A DNA stretch of 64,000 bases. It comes from Candidatus Krumholzibacteriia bacterium. GTDB taxonomy: Bacteria; Krumholzibacteriota; Krumholzibacteriia; Krumholzibacteriales; Krumholzibacteriaceae. Under the pieces are notes generated by a model. It made no database searches and was not told the DNA's origin. It was given only the letters and a program-made list of their open reading frames with translations. Location: contig CAWIIQ010000001.1 in NCBI GenBank assembly GCA_963836185.1, forward strand, positions 192,001 through 256,000. The letters are read 5' to 3'. A program made the translations under genes and the position numbers. Each line of letters opens with the position of its first letter. The stretch's first letter is position 1. Shown one piece after another: positions 30,995 through 42,199 of the stretch.

Positions 30995-32232
30995 TGAACG
31001 ACAAGATGGAAAAAGAGAAGCTCGACAAGAGGCTAGCCAGGATCAAGCACAAGATCCTTATCCTTTCCGGAAAGGGAGGGGTCGGCAAGAGCACTGTGGC
31101 AGTCAATTTCGCAGTTGCTCTCGCGGCAGCGGGCAAAAAGGTCGGATTGCTCGATGTAGACATACATGGCCCCAGCGTTCCCAAGATGCTCGGCCTCGAG
31201 AACATGCCCCTCCACGGGACAGGCGAATCGATCTCCCCTCTGGAGGTCGGTGATAACCTGCGGGTCATGTCGATAGGACTGCTCCTCAGGGATACAGACG
31301 ACGCGGTGATCTGGCGCGGCCCGATGAAGATGGGAGTAATAAAGCAGTTCCTCTCCGATGTGGAATGGGGAGATCTCGATTACCTCGTGATAGATTCCCC
31401 GCCGGGAACCGGAGACGAACCCCTCTCTGTCGCACAGCTCATTCCCGATGCGGACGGCGCCGTGATCGTAACGACTCCCCAGAGCGTGGCTCTTATAGAT
31501 GTCCGTAAATGCGTCACATTCTGCAGACAGCTGAACATTCCCGTGATCGGAGTCGTTGAGAACATGAGCGGGTTTGTCTGCCCGCACTGCGGCGAGAAGA
31601 CCGATCTCTTCAAGACCGGCGGAGGCGGGGAGATGGCGGATGATATGGAGATCCCGTTCCTCGGAGCGGTCCCCTTCGATCCCGCGATCGTGCTTGCGGC
31701 CGACCAGGGCGAGCCGTTTGTCATCAAGCATCCCGAAACTGAGACGGGCAAGATCTTCGCGGCTCTTGTCGCCCCTCTGCTGTCATTGAAAAAACGCGAA
31801 GTCGCCGCGGTATCTTCCGCCTGCGGAAGCTGCTCGTCATGCTCCGACGGGGCGGGAACGATGAAGATCGCGGTCCCGGTCGACAGCGGCAGGGTGAGCG
31901 GCCATTTCGGGCACGCGGAAAAGTTCGCGATATTCGATGTGGACTGTTCCAGCAACGCGATCACCGGTTCGAGCGAGGCCTCACCGCCTCCTCACGAGGA
32001 GGGCGTCCTCCCCGAGTGGCTCCGCGACCAGGGAGTAAACCTGATCATAGCCGGCGGGCTGGGCGTAAAGGCGAAACAGCTCTTCGGCGAAATGGGTATC
32101 GATGTACTGACGGGCGCGCCGCAGGATGAGCCCGCCTCAGTCGTAAGGTCCCATCTTGACGGGACGTTCAAGTCGGGAGTAAACGTCTGCGGCCAGGACT
32201 CAGGCCATCGGACCGGGCGGCTGCGGCGGTGA
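30991..32232 (+). CDS. mrp: Mrp/NBP35 (ApbC) Fe-S carrier ATPase fused to a NifB/NifX domain (MrpORP-like)
   Basis: [32 protein letters not shown]; C-terminal MKIAVP...HFGH domain. Confidence 0.92.
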   Translation: MMNDKMEKEKLDKRLARIKHKILILSGKGGVGKSTVAVNFAVALAAAGKKVGLLDVDIHGPSVPKMLGLENMPLHGTGESISPLEVGDNLRVMSIGLLLRDTDDAVIWRGPMKMGVIKQFLSDVEWGDLDYLVIDSPPGTGDEPLSVAQLIPDADGAVIVTTPQSVALIDVRKCVTFCRQLNIPVIGVVENMSGFVCPHCGEKTDLFKTGGGGEMADDMEIPFLGAVPFDPAIVLAADQGEPFVIKHPETETGKIFAALVAPLLSLKKREVAAVSSACGSCSSCSDGAGTMKIAVPVDSGRVSGHFGHAEKFAIFDVDCSSNAITGSSEASPPPHEEGVLPEWLRDQGVNLIIAGGLGVKAKQLFGEMGIDVLTGAPQDEPASVVRSHLDGTFKSGVNVCGQDSGHRTGRLRR

Positions 32233-32279
32233 ACAGGGCGGCTGCGGAGGCCATTGATCTGAAGGAAGGATGCGGAAGC

Positions 32280-32651
32280 ATGGATCTCGTATCGCCTGAA
32301 TTTCTCGATCATTTCATGAACCCGCGAAACCACGGGACAGTCGAGGAACCGGACGGAACAGGGATGGGGGGATCTCCCGAGTGCGAGGACTGGCTCCTGC
32401 TGACGATAAAGGTCGAGGCGGGAAGGATCGCGGACATCCGGTTCCAGTGCAGGGGCTGTTCGGCGGCGATCGCCACTTCAAGCGCTACGACGGTGCTGGC
32501 GAAAGGGATGACACTCGAAGAGGCTGAATTGCTTTCCGCCAACGAGATCGAAAAGGCGGTCGGAGGCTTGTCGGAGGACAAGAGGCACTGCTCGCTGCTC
32601 GGCGAGGAGGCCCTCAAGGACGCGATAAACGATTTCATGGGGCGGAAATGA
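32280..32651 (+). CDS. IscU/NifU-type Fe-S scaffold protein
   Basis: DHFMNPRN, PECED, GCSAAIA and KRHCS motifs. Confidence 0.88.
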   Translation: MDLVSPEFLDHFMNPRNHGTVEEPDGTGMGGSPECEDWLLLTIKVEAGRIADIRFQCRGCSAAIATSSATTVLAKGMTLEEAELLSANEIEKAVGGLSEDKRHCSLLGEEALKDAINDFMGRK

Positions 32652-32814
32652 CCGGACGCGGAGACGAAGGCAGGGAACTGAAGGAAAAGAACGGCGAGCA
32701 TCCGATGTTGAGAAGATTTGGAGATGAATATAGAGACTATATGAAAAAACCGGGAAATGGCTGCCCAGACCCGGAAGGGGTTGAACCGAACGTTGTTATG
32801 GAAGGAGTCGAGCG

Positions 32815-33999
32815 GTGGAGGATATCAGGAAGAAATCGAGAGATACGCAGTGTGTCCATGCCAGTTTTCTGGAGGACGAGAAGGGCGCCGTAGTCACGCC
32901 TATATATCAGACATCGACATTCAAATTCCGTGACGCGGATCATGGGGCCTCTCTTTTCGCGGGACGCGAGAAGGGATACATCTACACGCGGATGGCCAAT
33001 CCGACGGTAGAAGGAGTAGAGAAAGTCGTTGCCGTTCTCGAGGGCGGGTATGGCGGCGTCGGATGCGCTTCCGGCATGGCGGCTCTTCATCTCGCATTCG
33101 CGTCGATCCTCAAGTCGGGCGACCATGTCGTATGCAGTGAATCGGTCTACGGCCCGGTCGTCGGTCTGCTCAACACACAGTTCGGCAACTTCGGGATCGA
33201 TGTGTCTTTTGTAGATACATCCGACCTCGAGGCGGTAAAGGCCGCCATGACCCCGAAGACGACACTTGTCCACGTCGAGACTCCCGGCAATCCGACGCTG
33301 GTCGTCTCGGACATTGCGGCGGTGGCGGAGATAGCGCATGACGGCGGCGCGAAGGTGACGGTCGATAACACATTCATGAGTCCCATCCTGCAGAGGCCGC
33401 TCGAGCACGGCGCCGATATAGTCATACATTCGATGACGAAGTTCCTCAACGGACACGCCGATGTAGTGGCCGGCATGGTGATAGTGAAAGATGAGGAGGC
33501 CTACGTGCACATGCGCCGAATGTCGAACGCTATCGGCGGTACCATAGATCCGTTCAACTCCTTTCTCGTGGCCAGGGGGATCAAGACTCTGGCCATTCGC
33601 ATGCAGCGCCACTGCGAGAGCGGCCCGAAGGTCGCGGCCTTCCTCGATTCCCATCCGAAGGTTGAGAGGGTCATGTATCCCGGCCTCGAATCGGATCCCG
33701 GACATGATGTCCACGCGAAACAGTCGGACGGCCCCGGTGGCCTGATCAGCTTCGAGCTGAAAGGCGGCGTGGAGGCCGGCAAGGTGCTGATGAATTCGGT
33801 GAAGATGTGCGTGCTCGCCGTCAGCCTCGGTGGTGTCGAGACGCTGATCCAGCACCCCGCATCGATGACACATGCGAGCATGGGCCCCGAGGTCCGCAAG
33901 CAGGCCGGTATCACGGACGGACTCGTAAGGATATCTGTCGGCATCGAGGAAGTGAGCGAGATAATCGCGGACCTCGAGCAGGGACTGGAAAAAGTCTGA
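32815..33999 (+). CDS. Cys/Met metabolism PLP enzyme (methionine gamma-lyase / cystathionine gamma-lyase family)
   Basis: PIYQTSTF, YTRMANPT, ETPGNP, VDNTF, HSMTKFLNGH (PLP Lys), AVSLGG. Confidence 0.92.
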   Translation: MEDIRKKSRDTQCVHASFLEDEKGAVVTPIYQTSTFKFRDADHGASLFAGREKGYIYTRMANPTVEGVEKVVAVLEGGYGGVGCASGMAALHLAFASILKSGDHVVCSESVYGPVVGLLNTQFGNFGIDVSFVDTSDLEAVKAAMTPKTTLVHVETPGNPTLVVSDIAAVAEIAHDGGAKVTVDNTFMSPILQRPLEHGADIVIHSMTKFLNGHADVVAGMVIVKDEEAYVHMRRMSNAIGGTIDPFNSFLVARGIKTLAIRMQRHCESGPKVAAFLDSHPKVERVMYPGLESDPGHDVHAKQSDGPGGLISFELKGGVEAGKVLMNSVKMCVLAVSLGGVETLIQHPASMTHASMGPEVRKQAGITDGLVRISVGIEEVSEIIADLEQGLEKV

Positions 34000-34026
34000 A
34001 AGATAGACGATTACTGGAGGATAGAG

Positions 34027-34666
34027 ATGATCTGGAAGGCCGCCGCTCCGAAGCGGAGCGAGCTGGAAGAGAGCAGGGAATACAGGGAGTATGAGGAACG
34101 AGCAGTTTCTCAGCTCACGGCATCGACAGGGACGGTATGACCAGCTTCGTCGTAGATTCGGCTGAGCCGCTGCCCGGCACGGTGCTCGACATAGGTACGG
34201 GCAGGGGATTCACCGCTGTAGAGCTTGCCCGGCGAGGCGCCGGCGTTGCCACGGTCGATATGTCAGAGGAATCTCTGAAATCGGCATGGCTGCACGCTAT
34301 CGATACAGGTATGGCCGACAGGATCGAGTTCCACCTCGCCGACGGAGGCGACCTTCCGTTCGAGGAGGGAAGCTTTGAGGTTGTCACGATGATAAATGTC
34401 CTCCATCATCTCGAGTAATCCGGATGAGGTCCTTCCCGAGATCTCCAGGGTCCTGATGCCGGGAGGCAGGCTCGTCGTAGCGGACTTTACGGACAAGGGA
34501 TTCGATATACTCGAGAAGATCCACGGTGAAGACGGCCACGGCCACGACATGGCACACGGGCGAGACCATGGACGGCTTCGCGGCCCGCCTCGAGCGATGC
34601 GGGATGACCTGTATCGCGAGAGACAGAAGATTCCATCAGCACGTGATGGTAGTCGAGAGGGGCTGA
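34027..34666 (+). CDS. Class I SAM-dependent methyltransferase (frameshifted)
   Basis: VLDIGTGRG, LPF...SF.VV, LHH and RVL.PGG motifs spread over several frames; His-rich HGEDGHGHD segment. Confidence 0.75.
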
Positions 34667-34691
34667 CTTTTTCGCGAAGGGAGCGCTGGAG

Positions 34692-34859
34692 ATGGAAAAC
34701 GAAAGATGTGATAACCATGCCGCCAAGAGCGCAAGTATGGTCGGGCCGATCTGGTATATCGGCTGGCTGTTTACCGTTGCCTTCACCCACCTTTCGTTCG
34801 GGAAGGCAGTGCTGGCGCTGGTGATCTGGCCGTATTATCTCGGCTCGAAGCTCGGCTAG
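34692..34859 (+). CDS. Small (55 aa) two-helix membrane protein
   Basis: Hand translation MENERCDNHAAKSASMVGPIWYIGWLFTVAFTHLSFGKAVLALVIWPYYLGSKLG; below the ORF-track cutoff. Confidence 0.7.
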   Translation: MENERCDNHAAKSASMVGPIWYIGWLFTVAFTHLSFGKAVLALVIWPYYLGSKLG

Positions 34860-34966
34860 AGACATCGCTGCTCCGGATCAGGCCAAACACCGCTGGAAAA
34901 CCACACTGACAGTGCGGTATATTCTGCATGAGTCCCATTTCTGTACATGCACCCGATGGAGCACAC

Positions 34967-37900
34967 TTGAAATACCACAAAATCATACTCACAGCTCTTA
35001 ATACCGGCCGCCGCGTTATCCATGGCCTTTTCAGGAGCAGGGGCACAGGATGTTCCGCTGACAAAGCGGGTGATCCGCGAAAAGATCAGGGAAGGGATGA
35101 GTGTCCGGACACGGGAACTGGAGCGGGCCCGCGAAATGGGCCTTCCCGTTCGCGGCGACATGCCCGGAGGGGGCCTGTTCGAGCTCAAGACCCTGTCCAC
35201 CAGGGTGCCGACCTACTTTATCACTTTCAATGACGCGGCGGCACGCTCGACGAGGACCGACAGTGTCCAGGCCGTATATGGCGGGGCGCCGGGGTTCACG
35301 CTCGGCCTCTGGGACGGCGGCGCCGCGAGGGTGACCCACCAGGAGCTGAGCGGGAGGGCTGTCTGGGAGGACGATTTCAGTTACAGCACGCATCCCCATT
35401 CGACACATGTCGGTGCGACGATGATCGGAGCGGGGGTGGATCCCCAATCGAAGGGGATGTCATTCGAGGCGAACCTCAAATCGTACGAATGGTCGTTCGA
35501 CGATCTCGAAGCGGAGCTCGAGGCGCGGGACGGCCTTCTTCTATCCAATCACAGCTACGGCCATGCGAGGGGCTGGGTGGTGACCTCGTCGGGCACGATC
35601 TACTGGTACGGCGATGTGACGATCAGCGAGACGGAGGATTATCTCTTCGGATTCTACAGCGATGTCTCCCGAGACTGGGACGAGGTGACCAGCAGGAATC
35701 CTTATTACCTCCCGGTCACTTCTGCGGGCAATGACCGCAACGACCACGTTCCTTCCGGCGCGAGGCACTACGTACTGGAGATCCTCAGAGCGGGGGATGG
35801 GTCTCGGTCACCACTGTTCGCGATAACGATGGAGGTGAGCTCGGGTACGACTGCCTTCCCGACGGCCTGGGCATGGCGAAGAATACCCTCGTGATCGGCG
35901 CGGTCGATGATGTCGAGGAGTACCAGGGGCCGGAGGATATCGAGATGACGACCTTCAGCTCATGGGGACCGACCGACGACGGGCGGATCAAGCCCGATAT
36001 CTGCGGCAACGGCTACAGGCTCTACTCGGCGATCGACGGTTCCGATATCGCGTACGGGATATACAGCGGCACATCGATGGCGTCCCCGAATGTCTGCGGC
36101 TCTCTCGGGCTTCTTCAGGCCCGGTACGCGGAGATCCGCGGCGACTCGATGCTCGCTTCGACGGTCAAGGCGCTGGCGATCCATACGGCAAGGGAAGCGG
36201 GACCGCATCCCGGGCCCGACTACGGCTTCGGATGGGGGCTTCTCGATACCTGGGCCGCGTTCGAGCATATCGGATCCGATCCCGACGGCAGGATGGGAAG
36301 GATCGCGGAGATGACCCTGTACGACGGTATGCCTTTTGAACTCTACTACGAACCTGAAGAGGGCGCCGACAGGATGACGGTGACGATAGCGTGGAACGAC
36401 CCGGCGTCCGATATACCTGTGCCTGCGCTGAACGACAGGACCCCGCTCCTTGTCAATGATATCGATCTGAGGGTCGAAGGGGCCGGCGATGGAGCATACC
36501 CCGTGGATCCTCGATCCCGATGATCCTTCGGCCGCAGCCGGCAGGGGAGACAACTTCCGCGACAATGTCGAGCAGATCGTTATTGACGATCCCGCGCCCG
36601 GCACATATGTCGTGCGGATAAGTCACAAGGGGGTGCTCGAGGGCGGCTCGCAGCGCGTCTCGCTAATTGTGTCAGGCGCGAAACGCACCCGTACATGGCA
36701 TGTATTCGCCGACGGCTCGGGCGATGCCGAGACGATTGGCGAGGCGGTCTCGCTCGCCGATCCGGACGACCAGATATTCGTCTTCCCGGGCACATACTAC
36801 GAACATGACATCGTAATAGACAAGAATCTGAAGATCAGGGGTGTCGAAGGAGCAGGAGCCACCACGGTCGACGCACAGGGAGCGGGCAGATGTTTCTCTA
36901 TCGTCCTGCCGGATGTGACGGGGGCTGGAGAGATGAACACGCTCCGCTCCTTCGGTGCCGTTGAGATAGACGGGATCACGATGATGGGAGGCAGAGCGGG
37001 GGGCTCCGGCATCGAAGGCAGGGGAGGCGCGGTCTACTGCGACGGCGCGCGGACCGTTCTCTCGTCCTGCGTGATGACGGGCAACGGGGCGGCCGAAGGC
37101 GGCGCTGTCTACCTGAGGGAATCCAGGTCGTTCGTTTCAAATTGTGAAATATATGACAATTCGGCCGGAAGAGGGCGGGGGTCTCTTTCTTCTCCGTTCC
37201 GACGCGCTGGTGGAAGGAAGCACGATAGCGGCGAACGCCGCTGTGAGGGGAAGCGGGATGCTCCTCGAAAACTCCTCCCCCGATGTGACGCGCTGTACGC
37301 TGTCGCATAATGCCGTGGGGGCCGGTATATATGTGCGCGGCGGAGGAAGGCCGAGAGTCGCGGCTTCGGTAGTCTCGTTCGGAAGCGGAAGCGGGATATA
37401 CGCCGAAGGGGTGACGTCACATCCGTCGATAGTGTGCTGCGATGTCTACGGAAACGAAGATAGGGACTACGGCGGCTCGTTACACGACCAGACAGGTCTC
37501 CAGGGTAATATCTCGCAGGACCCCCTGTTCTGCGACCCGGAACATCTCGGATTCAGCGTGGGGGACGGATCTCCATGCCTGCCGAACAGGAACCTGTGCG
37601 TGACGCTGATCGGTGCTCATGGTGCGGGGTGCCATACCCTGACCGTTATCCGGGTCACTCCCGAGGGAACGGGCGACGCGGCGACGATCTCTGAAGCTAT
37701 GGAGGCGGCGGTGGCAGGCGACACGATCATGCTCGCCCCCGGTGTCTTCACGGGCCCTGGTAACAGGGACATCCTTTCGAGAGGATTCCCGATAGTCATC
37801 ACCTCCGAGGCAGGAGCGGGAGAGACTGTGATCGACTGCGGAGAGGGAGGCGACGCCTACTACGGATTCTATTTCGGCGGCGGCGAAGATACCTCGACAG

Positions 37901-39469
37901 TGCTCGAGGGAGTGACGATAACAGGAGCGGGCAAGGGGGCGATAGCCTTCAGCAACGGCTCGGATCCGCTCGTCCGGGACTGCCGTTTGACCGGCAACCA
38001 TGCACATGGGGGGCTGGCACGGCGGCGGGATCACCGTCGAGGACGGATCGGCCCCTGTCATCAGGCGATGCGTCATCTCCGGCAATACGGCCAGTCCGAA
38101 CGGCGGCGGGATATTTTGCAAGATATCAACGCCTGTCATCGAGGACTGCGAGATCACCGGCAACACGGCGACCGATTCGGGAGGAGGACTGGCATCGTTC
38201 AACTCATCCCATCCGGTATTGAGGCGGTGCCTGATCTCGGGTAACGCGGCCGGTCGAGGAATCCGGCGGCGGTGTCTACATCATCATGGGCGCCGCGACG
38301 GTACAGGACTGCGCGGTCATCGGACAATACGGCTGATTACGGTGGCGGCGGACTGTTCAGCGGGACCAACGCCACACTGACCGTCACCGGAACGGTCATT
38401 GCCGGAAACAGTTCGGTGAGCATAGGCGGGGGCGTTTACAGCGCTTCCGGTATGATGATGCTCGCGATGCACAGTCGTCGATAATTTCACAGAGTACTAC
38501 GGCGCCGGGATCGAGGTCTTCCAGGGGCCGAACAATCATATATACAACACGATCATCGCGTTCAACAGGCATGCGGAGGGGATCTTCACGATATCGGGCG
38601 ATATCGACATCGTCTGCTCCGACGTCTACGGGAACGAGGGCGGTGATTACGGCGGCGCAACGGCCGACATGACCGGCCCGCTCAATCTCTCGGTCGACCC
38701 TCTCTTCTGCGACGCGGCGGGAGGCGACTATTATCTCAATGCCGACTCGCCCGTTCTGACGCTTCCGGACGTTTCATGCATCGATATGATGGGAGCGCTG
38801 GGCGTCCGGTGCGGCGACTCGGCAGACCTGCTCTTCTCATCGGTGGTGTTCGATACGATGTCTGCCGATGCGGGCCGGACGATACATGTCGCCGCGGTCG
38901 TACGTAACGGCGGCCCGGCGGGAGCGGGTCCGTTCCGCGTCGATTACTACAGTGATCTCGATGATTCCCCGGCACCGGGAACAGAGGGAGATCTCTTCGC
39001 GGCGGTCGATACGCTGGCGTCAGGGGACTCGTCATCGGTAACTTTCGACATCTCGAGCCCTGTGTCGGGGATGTGGCGCTCCTGGCTGATGATAGACCCG
39101 GACGGGCAGGTGCCCGAATACAACCTCGACAACAATACAGCCGGGCCTTACCCGGTCACATGGACGGCTCCGGGAGGGGTCGTGCCCGACCAGTCAAAGC
39201 TCAGCTCGGTAAGTCCCAACCCGTTCAGTGATGAGACGGAGATCGTCTACGACCTCGACCGTTACACGGCCGCTGAACTCTCCATCTTCGATCTCGCCGG
39301 CAGGCGCCTGGCGATATGGAATCTTCCTCCGGCCGGACCGGGACGATTCATAATCACCTGGAAGGGAACAACCGGCGACGGGAGGCAGGTATCCTCCGGG
39401 GTATATTTCCTGAGATTCAAGGTTGACGGGGTTGTAGAGCAGGGCGAGAAGATCATCAGGATCAGGTAA
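34967..39469 (+). CDS. Large (~1,500 aa) secreted S8 subtilase with parallel beta-helix repeats, CARDB and FlgD-Ig tail; multiply frameshifted
   Basis: Triad WDGG, HSTHV, SGTSMASP; SAGN; FSSWGPTDDGRIKPD; GN.A..GGG beta-helix repeats; DPLFCD; PNPFS...SGVYFLR tail. Confidence 0.85.
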
Positions 39470-39477
39470 GTCTCGAT

Positions 39478-40008
39478 CTACCGGCCGGTCTTTTCCTTCA
39501 TCCTGGCAATCAGTTCCTTGTGCTGGTACTGCACGTACAGCTCTGTATTCGGGTTCTTCGTGATCCGCCTTATCGTGATAGACATCTTGTCGTCGATGTT
39601 GAACCAGTACGTCTTGTAGGCCATCTCCGTCGTTCCATCGGGGGATGTCGGATCTACCAGGTATCTTTGCGTGATCTCTCCGCGGAGTGTTTCGAGATTT
39701 GAGAAGGATGTGCGTTTGTAGTAAAAGACGACCTCCATCAGCCGATCCTCGAAGAATGTCAGACGTGACATCTCGATATCTCTCGACCCGGAGAGAGCCC
39801 CCTTCATCGTCAGGATCTTTCCCCTCTGCTCATGCCTCGAGCCTGCGACCTCGGTCCATTTGACCATCGTCTCCGTTCGATTGCTGAATTCCTTGAAGGT
39901 CTCTCCGAGATAGAATCCCTCGATATCCTCAGGCAGCCTGAGGTCCTCGCCTCCCGAGCAGGAGGCGAGGATTATAAAAACGAGGGATGCGGTGACAGCC
40001 TTTCTCAG
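39478..40008 (-). CDS. Lipoprotein of unknown function (start upstream of ORF-track call)
   Basis: Frame is open upstream of 39867: (L)RKAVTASLVFIILASCSGG with lipobox LASC; apparent CTG start at 40008. Confidence 0.6.
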   Translation of the reverse strand: MRKAVTASLVFIILASCSGGEDLRLPEDIEGFYLGETFKEFSNRTETMVKWTEVAGSRHEQRGKILTMKGALSGSRDIEMSRLTFFEDRLMEVVFYYKRTSFSNLETLRGEITQRYLVDPTSPDGTTEMAYKTYWFNIDDKMSITIRRITKNPNTELYVQYQHKELIARMKEKTGR

Positions 40009-40009
40009 G

Positions 40010-41536
40010 TCAGCTCACCTGGCCTTCCTGCTGCTCTTTCGAGCGGAACAGGGTGTAGAGTCCACCGACTCCGACTGCGAGCATGATACCGGACTGTATG
40101 AATGTCTTCGGCGGTATGGCTCCCCTGGTCGATACCACAAATACCGGCATCGCTACAGACAGCCCTATCAGGACGAAGTAGATAATTATCATGACCTTTC
40201 TCGCCTTGGCCCTCGTCTGCTCGGTATCCTCTCCGAACACCTTGTTGTAGAGGATCAGGAGGAACATCGTCAGGACGCCGAGAGCGGCGAAGATGATCCA
40301 GAAGGTCGTGAGCTTTGAGCCTACACCCTCCTGCCCTACAAGGGGCTTGAGGAACGAGTTGTACATCTCGCCTCCGACGTTCGAGCCGACGAGCGACCCG
40401 ATCACCCCGTAGAGGAAAGCGTACCCCATGTAGACTGCCTTCTTGTCAGGCGGAGCGACGAGCCCGATGTATGAGTAGTATTTCGGATGGCAGGTCATCT
40501 CGCCTATGGAGAATACGGCGATTCCGAGAATGAATACCCAGATCTGCTGCGACATGGCGAGGAAGACGAATCCCAGCGCGCCGATCAGGATGCCGCCGAC
40601 CATCGTGGGGAGCGGCTTCCGGTTCTTCACTACCATGTTGACGAAGATCTGCAGGAGCACGATCGTCCCGGCGTTTATCATGGTGACATATTCGGGCCCG
40701 AACCGGATCGTCCATCCGAGCTTGTCGAAGAGATTGTTCATCGGGTCCATGCTGACGAAGTCACGCAGGTACCACAGGACCGTGCCGAAGTTCTGGAAGT
40801 AGAGGATCCAGAAGCACGAGTATACGAATATCAGGAGCATGAAACGAGCGTCGGACAGGACCATCAGGGCTCCCGAGAGGACCTCGCCGAGGCTCTTCGT
40901 GCTTTTCGGCTTCGGGGGATCCTTGTACGCGAATATCGTGGGCAGGAACATCAGCGCACAGTAGATGGCGCTGAAGATGAAGACGAATCTCCATCCAAGG
41001 TTCCATCGGAGCTGGCCCGCCACGAACGGAGCGGCGAGTGCGCCGAGGTTGATCATCCAGTAGTATATCCCGAACCCCATCCCCGAGTTCTTCTCGTTCG
41101 TCGTCCGTGCGATCGTGCCGGAGATGATCGGCTTGAACAGCCCCGAACCCATCGCCATGATGCAGAGGGTAAAGAAGATCACGCCGAAGGATGTCACTCC
41201 TGAAGACAGGAAGTAGCCGGCCGAGAGGAGCGTGAATGCAACAAGCAGCATCCGCCTGTACCCGTACCTGTCCGCAAGTGCTCCGCCGAGGATCGGGACG
41301 ACATAAGTGATCGCATAGACTACTCCGAGGAGAAGCCCGACATTGTCCTCGGTGAATCCGAGGCCGCCGAAACCGAGTCCCTGAGCTCTGTCTGCGACTT
41401 TGCCCGTAAGGTATATCGCCAGGAGAGAGTTGAGACCGTAGTAGGCTCCCCTCTCGAAGAGCTCCATCACGTTGGCTACCCAGAACGACTTAGGGAAAGA
41501 GCCGACTCCTGTCTTCTGCTCGTTTACCTGTTCCAA
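40010..41536 (-). CDS. MFS transporter, POT/PTR peptide-transporter-like
   Basis: ELFERGAYYG, GGALADRYG, GLFKP, INLGA; many TM helices. Confidence 0.9.
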   Translation of the reverse strand: MEQVNEQKTGVGSFPKSFWVANVMELFERGAYYGLNSLLAIYLTGKVADRAQGLGFGGLGFTEDNVGLLLGVVYAITYVVPILGGALADRYGYRRMLLVAFTLLSAGYFLSSGVTSFGVIFFTLCIMAMGSGLFKPIISGTIARTTNEKNSGMGFGIYYWMINLGALAAPFVAGQLRWNLGWRFVFIFSAIYCALMFLPTIFAYKDPPKPKSTKSLGEVLSGALMVLSDARFMLLIFVYSCFWILYFQNFGTVLWYLRDFVSMDPMNNLFDKLGWTIRFGPEYVTMINAGTIVLLQIFVNMVVKNRKPLPTMVGGILIGALGFVFLAMSQQIWVFILGIAVFSIGEMTCHPKYYSYIGLVAPPDKKAVYMGYAFLYGVIGSLVGSNVGGEMYNSFLKPLVGQEGVGSKLTTFWIIFAALGVLTMFLLILYNKVFGEDTEQTRAKARKVMIIIYFVLIGLSVAMPVFVVSTRGAIPPKTFIQSGIMLAVGVGGLYTLFRSKEQQEGQVS

Positions 41537-41740
41537 CTGTGCTACTCCCTTTCAAACAATGAAAGCGGCCGCCGGATGTCTGCCGGCCCGTAAGAGGATA
41601 ATTGATCTGTCACGTAGGGCATGTTATCAGAAAAAGTGGTGCCGCCGAATAAAAAAAAGACATATCGGGTGGGAGAACTGAAGAAGGGACAGAACGGCCC
41701 TACCTTGCCAAGGGTTTCAGTGGAGCGGGTGATTCCGGAG

Positions 41741-42130
41741 TCAGCAGGAGAATCTGAGCTCGAAAGTCCCGATAGTGATCTTGTCGCCGCACTTAAGGGC
41801 GTGCTTGTGGACTTCCTCGCCATTAATACTGGTCCCGTGCCTGCTGTTCAGGTCCTCGATCTCGTACTTTCCATTCGACTTGCGAATTATCGCGTGTTCG
41901 TCGGCGACGAATCCGTGGTCGAGACAGATATCACAGGATACTGCCCTGCCAAGGGACGTATTCTGTTTTTTGATAGAGATTTTAAGACCCGCGAAACAGC
42001 CGTTGGTTATGGTAAGCACTGCGCCATGGTTGCCGGTCCGCCTGTTTCTCTTTCGAGGCCTTGCGTCCATGACCGCGGAATTGCCGCTTTTCCTCGGACT
42101 TCTTTTTCCTGCCACAACAACACCTTCCAT
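41741..42130 (-). CDS. FHA domain protein
   Basis: LGR..CDI......HA.I...DLNSRHGTSING motif; start uncertain. Confidence 0.85.
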   Translation of the reverse strand: MEGVVVAGKRSPRKSGNSAVMDARPRKRNRRTGNHGAVLTITNGCFAGLKISIKKQNTSLGRAVSCDICLDHGFVADEHAIIRKSNGKYEIEDLNSRHGTSINGEEVHKHALKCGDKITIGTFELRFSC

Positions 42131-42199
42131 GTAACGGGATCTGCCGCACAGGGCGGATTTGTCCGCCTGTTCCGCCGAAACACGCAATAATCGTACCAC

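Noticed and set aside
28014-32651. Nitrogen fixation cluster (NifX/NifB/NifU-like domains)
   Set aside because: No nifHDK/ENB; the gene set matches orp-type clusters.
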